Positions 18,690-31,559 are shown, counted from the first letter of the stretch. The stretch is DNA of 64,000 bases from Macrostomum hystrix (GCA_950097015.1 CATNEN010000007.1:11160001-11224000), one strand, 5' to 3'. Numbers and translations are program-made. The notes: generated by a model from the sequence alone, not told the origin.

Positions 18690-20046
18690 CATCTTGCCAC
18701 CCCTTCTACCTTGTCACGCTCTTCTACCTTGTCAGCCCCTTCTACCTTGTCACCCCCTTCTACCTTGTCAGCCCCTTCTACCTTGTCACCCCCTTCTACC
18801 TTGTCAGCCTCTTCTACCTTGTCAGCCCCTTCTACCTTGTCACCCCCTTCTACCTTGTCAGCCCCTTCTACCTTGTCAGCCCCTTCTACCTTGTCACCCT
18901 CTTCTACCTTGTCACCCCCTTCTACCTTGTCAGCCTCTTCTACCTTGTCAGCCCCTTCTACCTTGTCACCCCCTTCTACCTTGTCAGCCCCTTCTACCTT
19001 GTCAGCCCCTTCTACCTTGTCACCCCCTTCTACCTTGTCACCCCCTTCTACCTTGTCGGCCCCTTCTACCTTGTCACCCCCTTCTACCTTGTCAGCCCCT
19101 TCTACCTTGTCACCCCCTTCTACCTTGTCAGCCCCTTCTACCTTGTCACCCTCTTCTACCTTGTCAGCCCCTTCTACCTTGTCACCCCCTTCTACCTTGT
19201 CAGCCTCTTCTACCTTGTCAGCCCCTTCTACCTTGTCACCCCCTTCTACCTTGTCAGCCCCTTCTACCTTGTCAGCCCCTTCTACCTTGTCACCCTCTTC
19301 TACCTTGTCAGCCCCTTCTACCTTGTCACCCCCTTCTACCTTGTCAGCCTCTTCTACCTTGTCAGCCCCTTCTACCTTGTCACCCCCTTCTACCTTGTCA
19401 GCCCCTTCTACCTTGTCAGCCCCTTCTACCTTGTCAGCCCCTTCTACCTTGTCACCCCCTTCTACCTTGTCAGCCCCTTCTACCTTGTCACCCCCTTCTA
19501 CCTTGTCACCCCCTTCTACCTTGTCAGCCCCTTCTACCTTGTCAGCCCCTTCTACCTTGTCACCCCCTTCTTCCTTGTCACCCCCTTCTACCTTGTCACC
19601 CCCTTCTTCCTTGTCACCCCCTTCTTCCTTGTCACCCCCTTCTACCTTGTCACCCCCTTCTTCCTTGTCACCCCCTTCTACCTTGTCACCCCCTTCTACC
19701 TTGTCACCCCCTTCTTCCTTGTCACCCCCTTCTACCTTGTCACCCCCTTCTACCTTGTCACGCTCTTCTAACTTGTCACCCCATTCTACCTTGTCACGCT
19801 CTTCTAACTTGTCACCCCATTCTACCTTGTCACCCCCTTCTTCCTTGTCACCCCCTTCTACCTTGTCACCCTCTTCTACCTTGTCACCCCCTTCTACCTT
19901 GTCACCCCCTTCTACCTTGTCACCCCCTTCTTCCTTGTCACCCCCTTCTACCTTGTCACGCTCTTCTACCTTGTCACCCCATTCTACCAATTGTCACCCC
20001 ATTCTACCAATTGTCACCCCATTCTACCAATTGTCACCCCATTCTT
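18690..20046. repeat. 18-bp pyrimidine-rich minisatellite (CCCTTCTACCTTGTCACC/GC)n
   Basis: About 75 copies; generates spurious long ORFs in several frames. Confidence 0.98.
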
Positions 20047-20309
20047 TTGCTCTAGCCAACTTCAGAACCTTCCACTATACTAAAGATGAGACGATTGGTT
20101 GGTCGTTTGTGTATTACATAAAAGGCTACTCATAATTGTGTACTGGATGGGTTTCAGTGCTGAAAATTCTGTCAGTAGTTTGATGATAGCTCAAATTGTT
20201 AATTCTACGCTTGTAGTATTTGTTATGAGTGGTCAGGAGCTTATTGCGGCTCCGACTTCTGAAGGTCGCCATCTGAAGCACTCTTGATTGAAGCTCTGGT
20301 GAGACCGTC

Positions 20310-22670
20310 TCATCCGCCAGCAGCCAGCAGGCCGGTGCTGCGCAGGCCGCGCCAGACCGCCGTGGCCAACAGCGGCAGCCAGGAGGTCGGGCGGAGACTA
20401 GCGCCGGCCCCTCCGCCGTCATCGGAGGCCCGGAAGACGGCAGGCACCGGGTGGTTAAACAGCAGGAGGAACTCGGCCCGCTGGAAGTGCAGCACATTCA
20501 GCCGGCCAGCGGAGTCGGGCACGGATTCGCCCACGCGGTTGGCCACGCCCAGCAGATCCAGGCCGGTCTGCACTGCCGACACGCCCGGGCTGGTGGCCAC
20601 GGTGAAATGCGCCCGCTGGCCGGGCGCGGCTTCTCCTTCGCCGTTGGCCCAGACAGGGAGGGCGTCCTTGCCCAGAACGGCGCGGTAGCCAAAGGTGCGC
20701 GGCGTCAGCAGCAGGGCGGTGACGTTCAGATCGAAGCTGCGACCCTCGGCTGCTTGCACATCCGGCCTGGCTGCGTAGCCAGCGCAGGAGGGCACTGCGC
20801 CGTGGTTGCAGTAGAAGCTGGTCACGTGCAGCTCCTCGGTGGGGTTGGCGTAGGCGAAGCGGGTCAGGTTTTCCACGGGCGTGTCTGGGCGGTAGCGGGT
20901 GGCGACAGCTGAGTAAAATCCCCATGCTTTCGATAACTCGAGGCATTAGTAATTATGTACCATTGCGTCATTGCTTTTAAGCTTGTTGATTTCAAAGCCC
21001 TGAATGAAGTGAATGCCCTAACTTGCGTTGTGTACAAGCGATGCGTTAACACATGTACAACAAGGTGCTGCTTGAAGATTGTATCTAGAAGTTGTCTCGC
21101 TACAAATGACTTACTTAGATGCAATAAATAGTTCCAGCATCCCTGCCCAATGAATTCGATTTCAACACAGCAGAAGCATTCATGCCAGCCTCACCCAGGC
21201 TGTGGTTGGTGAACTGGCAGTATAGCCGGCGCACCTCGTCAATGGCCAGTGCGTTTCGCAGAGTGTCTCGGGCCAGCTGCTTCAGGAAGGTCTCCGTGGC
21301 GTTGTCAGAGGGGAAAAATCCAAAGTACAGCGGCAGCTTCTTGGTGGGTCCGCCGGAACCGCAGGCAGCCACGCCAGCCACAACGGCCGTAAACATGATT
21401 GTTGCCGGTCTGGGGAGAGCGGGAAGCGGCAGAGGATTTAGGTTCAGGGCTGTGGGGTTGCAAGCTGGGTTGGCTGTGGGGGTTGCAGGCTGGGTTGGCT
21501 GTGGGGGTTGCAGGCTGGGTTGGCTGTGGGGGTTGCAGGCTGGGTTGGCTGCAGGGCTGTGGGGGTTGCAGGCTGGGTTGGCTGCAGGGCTGTGGGATTG
21601 CAGGCTGGGTTGGCTGCAGGGCTGTGGGGGTTGCAGGCTGGGTTGGCTGCAGGGCTGTGGGGTTGCAGGCTGGGTTGGCTGCAGGGCTGTGGGATTGCAG
21701 GCTGGGTTGGCTGCAGGGCTGTGGGATTGCAGGCTGGGTTGGCTGCAGGGCTGTGGGGTTGCAGGCTGGGTTGGCTGCAGGGCTGTGGGGGTTGCAGGCT
21801 GGGTTGGCTGCAGGGCTGTGGGGTTGCAGGCTGGGTTGGCTGCAGGGCTGTGGGATTGCAGGCTGGGTTGGCTGCAGGGCTGTGGGATTGCAGGCTGGGT
21901 TGGCTGCAGGGCTGTGGGATTGCAGGCTGGGTTGGCTGCAGGGCTGTGGGGGTTGCAGGCTGGGTTGGCTGCAGGGCTGTGGGGGTTGCAGGCTGGGTTG
22001 GCTGCAGGGCTGTGGGGTTGCAGGCTGGGTTGGCTGCAGGGCTGTGGGATTGCAGGCTGGGTTGGCTGCAGGGCTGTGGGGGTTGCAGGCTGGGTTGGCT
22101 GCAGGGCTGTGGGGGTTGCAGGCTGGGTTGGCTGCAGGGCTGTGGGATTGCAGGCTGGGTTGGCTGCAGGGCTGTGGGGGTTGCAGGCTGGGTTGGCTGC
22201 AGGGCTGTGGGGGTTGCAGGCTGGGTTGGCTGCAGGGCTGTGGGGTTGCAGGCTGGGTTGGCTGCAGGGCTGTGGGATTGCAGGCTGGGTTGGCTGAGGG
22301 GGTTGCAGGCTGGGTTGGCTGAGGGGGTTGCAGGCTGGGTTGGCTGAGGGGGTTGCAGGCTGGGTTGGCTGAGGGGGTTGCAGGCTGGGTTGGCTGAGGG
22401 GGTTGCAGGCTGGGTTGGCTGAGGGGGTTGCAGGCTGGGTTGGCTGAGGGGGTTGCAGGCTGGGTTGGCTGTGGGGGTTGCAGGCTGGGTTGGCTGCAGG
22501 GCTGTGGGATTGCAGGCTGGGTTGGCTGTGGGGGTTGCAGGCTGGGTTGGCTGAGGGGGTTGCAGGCTGGGTTGGCTGAGGGGGTTGCAGGCTGGGTTGG
22601 CTGTGGGGGTTGCAGGCTGGGTTGGCTGCAGTACTGTGGGAGTTGCTGAACCAACTCACCCAATCCTCAT
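20310..22670 (-). CDS. CNPase-like 2H phosphodiesterase (274 aa); exons 22670-22660, 21409-21195, 20908-20310
   Basis: LPLYFGFF, ELHVTSFY, ALLLTPRTFG and QRAHFTVATSPGVSAVQTGLDLL match vertebrate CNPase catalytic-domain motifs (LPLYFGWF, HCTT, TPKT, SRAHITLG...VQTGLDLL); two HxT motifs; splice phases compatible (825 nt). Confidence 0.85.
21445..22640. repeat. G-rich 24/32-33-bp minisatellite (GCAGGCTGGGTTGGCT[GCAGGGCT]GTGGGGGTT)n filling intron 1 of the CNPase-like gene
   Basis: Tandem copies between the donor at 22659 and the acceptor at 21410. Confidence 0.95.
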
Positions 22671-23442
22671 ATGCGAGCTGGTTACGCAGTCCGGTGGCAG
22701 TCAGGGTCAGGAGAGGCCGCGGAAAAACTCTTAAGTCTTGGTGCTTTTAAGTGCATGGCGTTTGGTGCTTGAGTCTAGCGTGTTTTTAAAGACCGTGTAG
22801 CAAATTAAGTCTTATCTAATCGGTACTGCAAGACCTACCTGGGCAGAGCTAATTTACGTGTCCATCAGGCTACAGGCAGGTGGAATCAATTTTCCGGCAG
22901 ATAAGCGAGTGTGTTAAGTCCGCCACTGCACTGCAGTTCTGAGCGCTTTTGAGTGAAGAAAAAGTATTATAACAGCAGCTGATTTAAGGACTATGCGCAA
23001 AGCTTTGAACAGACTGGAATTGCAATCCTTAGCGGGTCAGACAGTCAGTGTATTTGCATTATTGCCCCAGCAGCTTCAGTAACCGGCCCTGCCAGCCCTT
23101 TGCGAGCTGCACGGGGTCAGTCTCAATTTTACATTGTCGGGAGGCATGGAACAGTTCACAGAGCCTAATAATGTCAATGGGCAATGATGCAAGAGGGGGC
23201 GGGGGGCAAACGAGATAAACATGACTAGACTCTAACAGGATGGAAGGTATGCAAAATGAGGATGCGATCGCATATGCACATGCACATATCTGGCGTTAAA
23301 ACAAATAAGACATAAAACACATTCTGAGAAAGTGCCGTGCGAGATGCAAGTGAAAGATCGTGCTTGCTCGGTCGATTTGCTTCATCAGGGAGTTCTGATT
23401 GGCTGATTTTTCATTGGCCGCCAGCTCGCCGGACCAGCCGGC

Positions 23443-24322
23443 TTAGACCAGCTCCGATTGGTCCTCGGCCGGCCGCACAGGGGACTCCGGACCCGGCCAG
23501 AGCCAGATGTACTTGTGCACAATGTACGAGCCGTCGCTGTCAGTGGAGTAGCCGAAGGCGTCGCTGCGCAGACTCCAGCCGGCGCGAGCCATGTGGTGGA
23601 ACAGGGCCAGCTTCTCAGAGTTGCTGACCGACACACTTTGGTAGGAGTCCAGACCCGCTGCCCCCGCACCTGACGCAGCCGCCGCAGCCGCGTCATCCCC
23701 GGTCGCCGGTCGCTGCAGCGGCAGGGATCTCAGCGCCTCGGTGTGGCCGGAGATCACCAGGCCGCCGGATTTGAAGGCGCCGTTGTTCGACTGGCGATTG
23801 GGCGGCGGCATGTAGAACCGGTAGAAGTAGGCCGTCTCCTCGAACTCCAACACCTCAACCATGTACTTGAAGGCAGCGCCTGCTCCTACCTGCGGCTGAA
23901 CTGCTGCAAGCTGCTGTGGCGGCTGCTGCTGGGAATCGCGGCGCTCTCTGCAGGCGGCTAGGAGACCAGGTAGACCGAAGAAGTCAGCTTCGGCTTCCAG
24001 CAGGTCGAACTCCTGCATGTGCCGAGTACAAAAGACCGTGAGAGGGTACGAACACCGCTTGGCGGTCACACTCGAGTCTCACCTGAAAGCCCTCAGGCAC
24101 GCAGAGCCGGCTGCAGCGCAGGTAATTCAACACGTGCCTGAATAGCCTGCCATCCCTGTCTATAAAGGCGTGCCCGGCGGGGTCGCGCAGCACGGATGGC
24201 GTGAAGCTGCCACCAAACATGGCGGCCAGCATGGAGCCGGGGAATTTGCACAGGGTGGCGCGCGTCGTCGTGTGGACAGCACCGCCGACATTCAGGACCA
24301 CCGCCTCCTCTGTGGCCTCCAT
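23443..24322 (-). CDS. KCTD-family BTB/POZ protein (KCTD6/21-like); exons 24322-24083, 24012-23443
   Basis: VVLNVGG...TL.KFPGSMLAAMFGG...FIDRDGRLFRHVLNYLR...EFDLLEAEADFF T1-type BTB domain; 70-nt GT-AG intron, phase 0. Confidence 0.9.
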
Positions 24323-25585
24323 GTTAGGAGGCTGCAAGCTCTCGGCTACTGGCCTGCAAAGAACAGAAGAATGCAAGACGACTCAATAGATTGACAGGTC
24401 AATAATCCAACATGAAAAGATAATATGCAAGCTGACTGCTTACAGCTACTCCTATAATGCAAGCCTCAATGCAGAGCTATAGTTTCAGCAAATCATTATT
24501 AGCAAATGCAGTAAGCAACATATCACCACATATCAATGGTATAATATAATGGTTCAAAAGGTAATGGCCAAAAATAGTAAAACAACTATAGTATTAAAAT
24601 TTTACTATTAGGGTGGTAAAGCATAAAAGTTGAAATTTCCAAAATGCTTAAAGTATCTTGAAATTTCTAGAGACCTCTTAAATATGGTAATGCTTATTCA
24701 TACCTTTAAAACTCACATTTACAGATGAACCATTTAATTCAGAATACTTTTGCCAAGTTTAGCCAGGAAGTTGTTACACATGTCTATCATAATGCTAATT
24801 CACACTTAAGCCTTACTTTTGCAGCCAGGTAATTTAATTTAATTTAATTAATTCAATTCTTCACAGCAAGAATGTTTGAACTAAGATAAAAATAGTCTCC
24901 AATTTATTTTTATGACATAAAATTTGCTAGTGTTAAGAAACACACAATTCCATGCCTTCCTTTTGTTAATATTCAGGGCAAAATTTGTTTATTATATAGT
25001 AACTTAGTAGACTATTGTGTGGCCATTATGTTTTCTGGCCACTATGATATGTAGTACTTGTCACTATTATTATTAGGGCCTAGTCATTAGTGCTACACAT
25101 GAATTATACCCACATTAAGCTGTTAAACACTAAGTACTAAGTAGGAATGTCAAGAATTCAATGTGAGTCAATCAAGTGCATGCCAACCATGCACACTAAA
25201 TTGGGCAGGCAACACTAATACACCCAAATTTTGGGCATTATAATTATATGATCTAGAATCTAGATTATGGCCCTAGGTATGAAAACAAAGACCATTAGTC
25301 TATGAAATTGCATATAACACAACAAACGTGTGAAACATGATACAGAGAATAAATAGTGCAAATTTGTAGACACTGCAACATAAATAAAACTTTTTTTCAC
25401 CACAGCATCATAAAATTTGGCTACAGATATTACCACTACATTACATAGGCTTAGTAAATAATAGATATAAAACAGCTAGACACTATAAAATGTGAACAAA
25501 TAGCAAAGTTGCTTTGCAAAAATGAAATGGTACAATTTATTTATTTATGGGCCTATTATGCTGTTTATAACTGTATATGCCAAAC

Positions 25586-26226
25586 GGAAGTGCTTATTCC
25601 CACGGTCCCGTGCCAATAATTTTCTGCTTATCCACACGGCAGCTTGTATGAATGGGTCTACTTTCAAGTCCCTACCTATTCTAATTCGTCTCTGAGCATA
25701 AGGCTTTTGCTTCAGAGTATAGTGTATAGTGTACACTATCAATGAATAGTGTAAAAGAATAACAATGATGTATAATGTGTGACGAGTTTGGTGCTGACTA
25801 GAATTCTGCTGGTTGACTCGTATGATTTTCTTTGAAATACTTTTTACTTTTTAAGTCAATACAATTCGAATGAAAACACGTAACGATGACAAAAGATTTA
25901 GTAAGTTGTGATTAAAATAATTAAAGAGGATGACATTAATGTCGGTTAATTAATGTGTAGGTCGAAATGTAGAACACTGTCGTAACACACTGGCAACTTT
26001 GTCGATCTATTGGCTCGAGGGTTCAACAAAACGTTCAAATCTGAAAGGGCCTCGTTTCAAAGAACAGAACCGTGTGGATACAATTGAAATTAACGGCACG
26101 GCATATATAAAGAGTTGTAGACCTATTTATACAAGCTGCCGTGTGGATAAGCAGAAAATTATCGGCACGGATCCGTGGGGATAAAATTGAAATTATCGGC
26201 ACGGGACCGTGGGAATATGCTCTGCC
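25586..26226. mobile_element. MITE-like element with ~70-bp inverted termini
   Basis: TATTCCCACGGTCCCGTGCC...TTTCTGCTTATCCACACGGCAGCTTGTAT (25595-25650) is inverted at ~26128-26217. Confidence 0.75.
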
Positions 26227-27131
26227 ATGTCAAATGGCCTAGGCCCCCTCATAGCCAGCCAAGGTAGTCTTTTTACAAGTTAGACTATTTTTAGTTTCTG
26301 TAATTATCTTGAATGTACTATTAACTATTGTTACCTTCTTAATTTTATTTACTGTTTAAATTATTGAAAGAGTCGTTTAGACAGGTTTTCACAGTCAAAT
26401 TCTAAAAGATGTCAGCTCAAGAATTCTCGCTTTAAAGCGAAAATTTCGGCGAGCCCTTAGATTTTAGAAAACTGTTTTCATGAATATTGTACCATTCTCA
26501 GTCTAAGTCCACAATTTCTTTACACTTAATAGCCTTTTGCATCTTTATAAAATGTGATCTTAATTTTTTGTTTTATTGTATTCTTTAGGTATAGAAATCT
26601 ATTTGTTCAACATTTAAGCTTGTCGCATCGCATTACACCATGTGCAGAAATTAATGCTCTGGTGTCAGTCAGTGCAAAACCAATTAAGTAAACCAATTAA
26701 GAATGAGCAAAATTTTTTTTGCCTTCTTAAAATCGAAAACTCCTACGCGAAATTCCGGAAGATGTATTGCTGTTGCTGTGCGGTAAAAACGAACTGACAA
26801 CAACTCCATCTAGAAGTTAGAACACTTGGAGTCTACTCCTAGAAGTCTACTCCTAGTGGTCCTTGCTCTATCTATGAGTCAAACAAACACTCTGATGCAC
26901 CATATGGAGCTGGTGTACGTATGCTCTTCGTAACTATAGAATTCGATGCATGCGACAGTAACAAAACAAACTACACCTTTAAAGACTAAGAAAAGACTGA
27001 TCGAATCAAAGCTTGGATTACTACATGCAAAATTAGCGCATTAGTGGGAAATGTACGTTACTAAAAAGGCTTAGAAAAACAACTAGTAGAAAAAATGGGG
27101 CATGGGGGAATAAAGAAAAAGTCAGCATTAA

Positions 27132-28274
27132 TCAGACTACTTCCAAAAAATCCTTGTGCACCCACAGCACGTCGATGTTGTCCCACTGGCTAACCTGCGC
27201 CATGTCCAGAGCCTGCAGTCCCGGTGCGCGACCCGCCTTGTAGCCCCGCTTCGTGAAGAAGTCCACTACTGTGGCGGGGTCGCCGCGGGACATGAACGGC
27301 TTCGACCACTCCATCTGTACCGCCACTACAAGCCGCAGGTCGAACAGGTTGCCCGAGGTGCGCAGAAAGTCCGTCTCACCGCCCTGAATGTCCATCTTCA
27401 TGACGACGTGCTTGGTGCGGACAAGGCTGGACAGTCTCTCACTGCGCATGGGCATGATGGGCACCGTGTCCGGCAGTTGGGCGTCCAGCTTGCCGGCACC
27501 GCCGACGTTGCAGTCGGACAGGAAGCTCAGGTACTTGAGCTGCTGGGTGGTGGTGATGAAGTTCCACACGAGGCTGGTTCCGCCCAGACCTGAAGCGTTG
27601 AGGCTGAGGTGCAGACGCAACAGGTTGCGGATATTTGCATCCAGAGCAACCACAGGCAGGCCGACCTTTGCAGCCTGGATGCTGTACACACCGATGTTGC
27701 TGCCGATGTCCATGAAGGTCGTATCGGGAACCTTGAGAGCGAGTTGCACAATAGATTGTACTAATTTCGGCTCCCAGGACTTGTCGACTCGGATTCCACT
27801 AGTGACGGTATCGTTCCCCTTGTAGGCGAAAATAGGCATGAGATTTCCGCTTATGTCATGCAGCTGTATTACATCAGCACTCCGTCTTGTGATGTCCAGC
27901 AGCTGCTCCGGAAACGGAGTCTTCACAACGCACAGCGGGTAGCCGTCCTGGTACCGCTTGTAGGCCTCCGAGTCTCGGCACAGCTTGTTTCGCAGCACCG
28001 TGTTGAGAAAGTCCACTCGACGAAACTCCTGGTACATTGGGCACTGAACCTCCACCGGGTCCACCGGCTCTGTGGATCTGAGGCTGTCGGCGACCAGCTT
28101 GTTGAGCAGCTTCTCATCATCATCTCTTTGCTGCGCCTTGGCTCCTTTAAAGAGGCTGTCTGCAATCTTCTCGTGACCGCCACTGATTCCCGCGAGCACG
28201 TAGATGAGAAGGCAGAGCAGGACTCCAGCGAAGAACGCGAGCATGCGGTGCGAGCACAGCTCCCTGACTGCCAT
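27132..28274 (-). CDS. FkbM-type (Methyltransf_21) SAM-dependent methyltransferase, type II membrane protein, copy 1 (380 aa)
   Basis: FMDIGSNIGVYS motif I, VVALDAN, VMKMDIQGGE; N-terminal hydrophobic anchor; ATG at 28274 by alignment with copy 2. Confidence 0.9.
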   Translation of the reverse strand: MAVRELCSHRMLAFFAGVLLCLLIYVLAGISGGHEKIADSLFKGAKAQQRDDDEKLLNKLVADSLRSTEPVDPVEVQCPMYQEFRRVDFLNTVLRNKLCRDSEAYKRYQDGYPLCVVKTPFPEQLLDITRRSADVIQLHDISGNLMPIFAYKGNDTVTSGIRVDKSWEPKLVQSIVQLALKVPDTTFMDIGSNIGVYSIQAAKVGLPVVALDANIRNLLRLHLSLNASGLGGTSLVWNFITTTQQLKYLSFLSDCNVGGAGKLDAQLPDTVPIMPMRSERLSSLVRTKHVVMKMDIQGGETDFLRTSGNLFDLRLVVAVQMEWSKPFMSRGDPATVVDFFTKRGYKAGRAPGLQALDMAQVSQWDNIDVLWVHKDFLEVV

Positions 28275-29044
28275 GTTGCACTGGACCGGTGCTGAGCTAT
28301 GAACCTCTGAGAAAATGAGCGCTGGCAATTTTTTTTCCAGGCAGAATTTTTTGCCGGAAACGAGTGTGGTTTGGGCATGGAAGTTGTCGTGGATTTTATG
28401 TTTCTATGAATGTTAAATTGCTTGATGGCAGCTGGAGTTCCTAACACCTGCCCCAGAGCGAGAGAATATCGATTGCGGGTTTCTGCAATCATGTTTCGCT
28501 CTATTGAATTCTCCGCTTTCGCGCCTGCACGCTGTTTGCGCCTTCGAGACTTCAATGCAGCCAATTAAAATGCAGCCTTTGCTTGGTTGGTTGGACTTAA
28601 TACACGGCATGCTCTGACCTAAGATAAGATTTTTATCATCTGGCACGTTTTCTTGCCACGAAAGAGACCCCAGGACAGAAAGCTCTTCAGCTTTGAGGAA
28701 CAATTAGCTAATCAATTTAAAGAGCGATATAAGCTTTCAAAGCTTTGTCATTGAGCTGGAATTCGATTCACCATATCTGTTTGGATCAGCTGAATTAAAG
28801 TAAACTTTTTTCTATACAGTTTAAGATAACAGTAATAAAATATCTGTTTTGATTTGATCAGGACCGCTGTCAATTTTTACCCTTAAATGTATTCTCCTTG
28901 AGGGTGTGTGTGTCAGGCACCAAGACGGAGGGCAAATGTTGGAAAACGTCCTTTTTAAAAAGACAATAAAAATATGGAAACTTTTGACGCAACAGGGTCA
29001 AGACCGTGAGGAGTTTGTTGATTGGGTAGCTTAGTTGCCTGGCA

Positions 29045-29808
29045 GCATGGATGGAACTCCCGGTGGCATCCCAGACGGCACTCACTGATGGCATCATGGA
29101 TGGAACTCCCGGTGGCATCCCAGACGGCACTCACTGATGGCATCATGATGGAACTCCCGGTGGCATCCCAGACGGCACTCACTGATGGCATCATGGATGG
29201 AACTCCCGGTGGCATCCCAGACGGCACTCACTGATGGCATCATGGATGGAACTCCCGGTGGCATCCCAGACGGCACTCACTGATGGCATCATGGATGGAA
29301 CTCCCGGTGGCATCCCAGACGGCACTCACTGATGGCATCATGGATGGAACTCCCGGTGGCATCCCAGACGGCACTCACTGATGGCATCATGATGGAACTC
29401 CCGGTGGCATCCCAGACGGCACTCACTGATGGCATCATGGATGGAACTCCCGGTGGCATCCCAGACGGCACTCACTGATGGCATCATGGATGGAACTCCC
29501 GGTGGCATCCCAGACGGCACTCACTGATGGCATCATGATGGAACTCCCGGTGGCATCCCAGACGGCACTCACTGATGGCATCATGGATGGAACTCCCGGT
29601 GGCATCCCAGACGGCACTCACTGATGGCATCATGGATGGAACTCCCGGTGGCATCCCAGACGGCACTCACTGATGGCATCATGGATGGAACTCCCGGTGG
29701 CATCCCAGAGGGCGCTCACTGATGGCATCATGGATGGAACTCCCAGATGGAATCATGGATGGAACTCCCAGATGGCATCATGGATGGAACTCCCAGATGG
29801 CATCATCG
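29045..29808. repeat. 48/49-bp tandem repeat (GATGGCATCATGGATGGAACTCCCGGTGGCATCCCAGACGGCACTCACT)n
   Basis: About 14 copies plus truncated units. Confidence 0.96.
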
Positions 29809-30222
29809 ATATCTTTGACTCATTGGATCAAAGGCCTCAAAAGCAGTCACATTTAAGCCACACTTTGGTTAAGCCTCTCGCCTGAATGGACAGATAAATA
29901 TAAGAAACTGCATGTTGACAGTGGGCTGTATATGGCTCACAACACGAGGTAGAATAGCATGAAATATGATGTTTATCCTCGCTGACATGAACTCTCAAAG
30001 GAGGCTGAACTAAGGCCATGAGAGCAAAAGTATATAGCAATAGCAGCATAATGAAAAGCGCTTATTGGCTCGTAGATCATGCAAAAAACGAAATCGACGC
30101 TTGTGCTCTAATTTCAGTCACGGAGAATAATGAGCAGTGACCGGGACTAATGAGACAGGAAACGCGGACAATCTTTCTTCAGCAGCGCACAGCAGCACAC
30201 AGCAAGGAATGAACAAATTAGT

Positions 30223-30273
<51 letters not shown>

Positions 30274-30619
30274 TGCAGGAGGGCTGCAGGCAAAGGCACA
30301 TAATTTAGCGACACTAGACCCGCAGCCAGCGAGGAGGCAATTCTGCCCATTTCGCTGACTCCTGAGCACACACGCATACATATACTGTACGCAGGCATAC
30401 GCTCACACAGGTGTGTACATCTGCCCTGACTTTCTCATCGTCAGGCAGTGTACATTTCACTGTGCCTTGGAGGTTGGCCCTCGAGGGCGTAATCGCACGA
30501 CAAGCCCCAAGCCTTCTCTCCGCGACTGCGCCCCAAATAAATGTGGCCTCGCCGCGGAATCGAACTTAGGGACCATGGTGCGAGAGGCAAACGCGTTAAC
30601 CGCTCTGCCACCGACCCCC
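30223..30619 (-). mobile_element. tRNA-derived SINE with (TTA)n tail
   Basis: Minus-strand head GGTGGCAGAGCGG (A box)...GTTCGATTCC (B box); (TAA)n at 30223-30272; second copy at 51433-51793. Confidence 0.85.
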
Positions 30620-30635
30620 GAACAAATTACTCATT

Positions 30636-30722
30636 AAGCGTTTACAAAGCCCTAGTGCACCCACAGCGCGTATGCTCCATTGCCTCACCTGCGCCATATC
30701 CAGAGGCTGCAGTCCCAGTGCC
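30636..30722 (-). pseudogene. 3' fragment of a third FkbM methyltransferase paralogue
   Basis: Reverse strand reads GLQPLDMAQVRQW...LWVH*GFV, homologous to the C-terminus of the two intact copies. Confidence 0.75.
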
Positions 30723-31112
30723 TGAAATTATCATTTTCGGAGTCTTGAAGGATAATTTCGGAGTCTGAAAAGAATAAATCGGAGCCCTTCAGGATTTTTT
30801 AGCCTGAGGGATCATTTTGAAGAGCCCTGAAGGTTCATTTCCGACGCCTGAAGGATCGTTTCGGAGCGCTGATAGATCATTTTGGAGCTTTGAAAGACCA
30901 ATTGCCGATTCCTGTAGGACCATTTCGGAGCCATGAGGGATTATTTTGGAGCCCTGAAGGATCATTTCCGAGTCCTGAAGGATCACTTCCGAGTCTGAAG
31001 GATCACTTCCGAGTCCTGAAGGATCATTTCCGAGTCCTGAAGGATCATTTCCGAGTCCTGAAGGATCACTTCCGAGTCCTGAAGGATCATAATGGAGCCC
31101 TGAAGGATCATC
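30720..31112. repeat. Degenerate 21-bp tandem repeat (CCTGAAGGATCATTTCCGAGT)n
   Basis: About 18 copies with a divergence gradient. Confidence 0.9.
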
Positions 31113-31559
31113 TGATAATTAGGCCAAATTGGAGAAAAATGCAGCTAATATTTTGAAGCATTTGAGCAACTTGCGAATATTTTTTGTTGCAGGCTACCTA
31201 GGCCTCTGGCAGCTGTTCTCTAGTTATTGATATATCTGTAATATACTTGCTAGAGCTTCAGTGGTTTTCAAGTCATCTTGTGACAATAAGTAGTTGGATT
31301 TACGGTATCTTCTGCAGTTAGAAACGCGAAATCACGATTTTCTCTGAAATTTTAACGGGCGGTGCCATACCAATTCCAACTACACATTAATAAGAAATTG
31401 ACCTCGTTTTCCACTTCTATTTAGCACTTTCCGCACAATCTGTTCTCATAGCGAATTCTCGGTCTCGCAGTTTGCAAGGTTTCGCAAGCAAACTAATGGC
31501 TTGTCAAGGCGGCTGCGCGTCTTGTCTAAGGGAATTTCATAAAGTGAACCACTCTGGGT

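Noticed and set aside
18637-20135. 365-474 aa ORFs in four frames (e.g. GGDKVE repeats)
   Set aside because: Products of a stop-free 18-bp minisatellite; no unique coding flanks
21115-22663. Long P/Q/C-rich and G/W-rich ORFs
   Set aside because: Intronic minisatellite; only 21409-21195 is a real exon
30540-30619. Possible tRNA gene
   Set aside because: No complete cloverleaf; it continues into a repeated body and tail, so it is a SINE head
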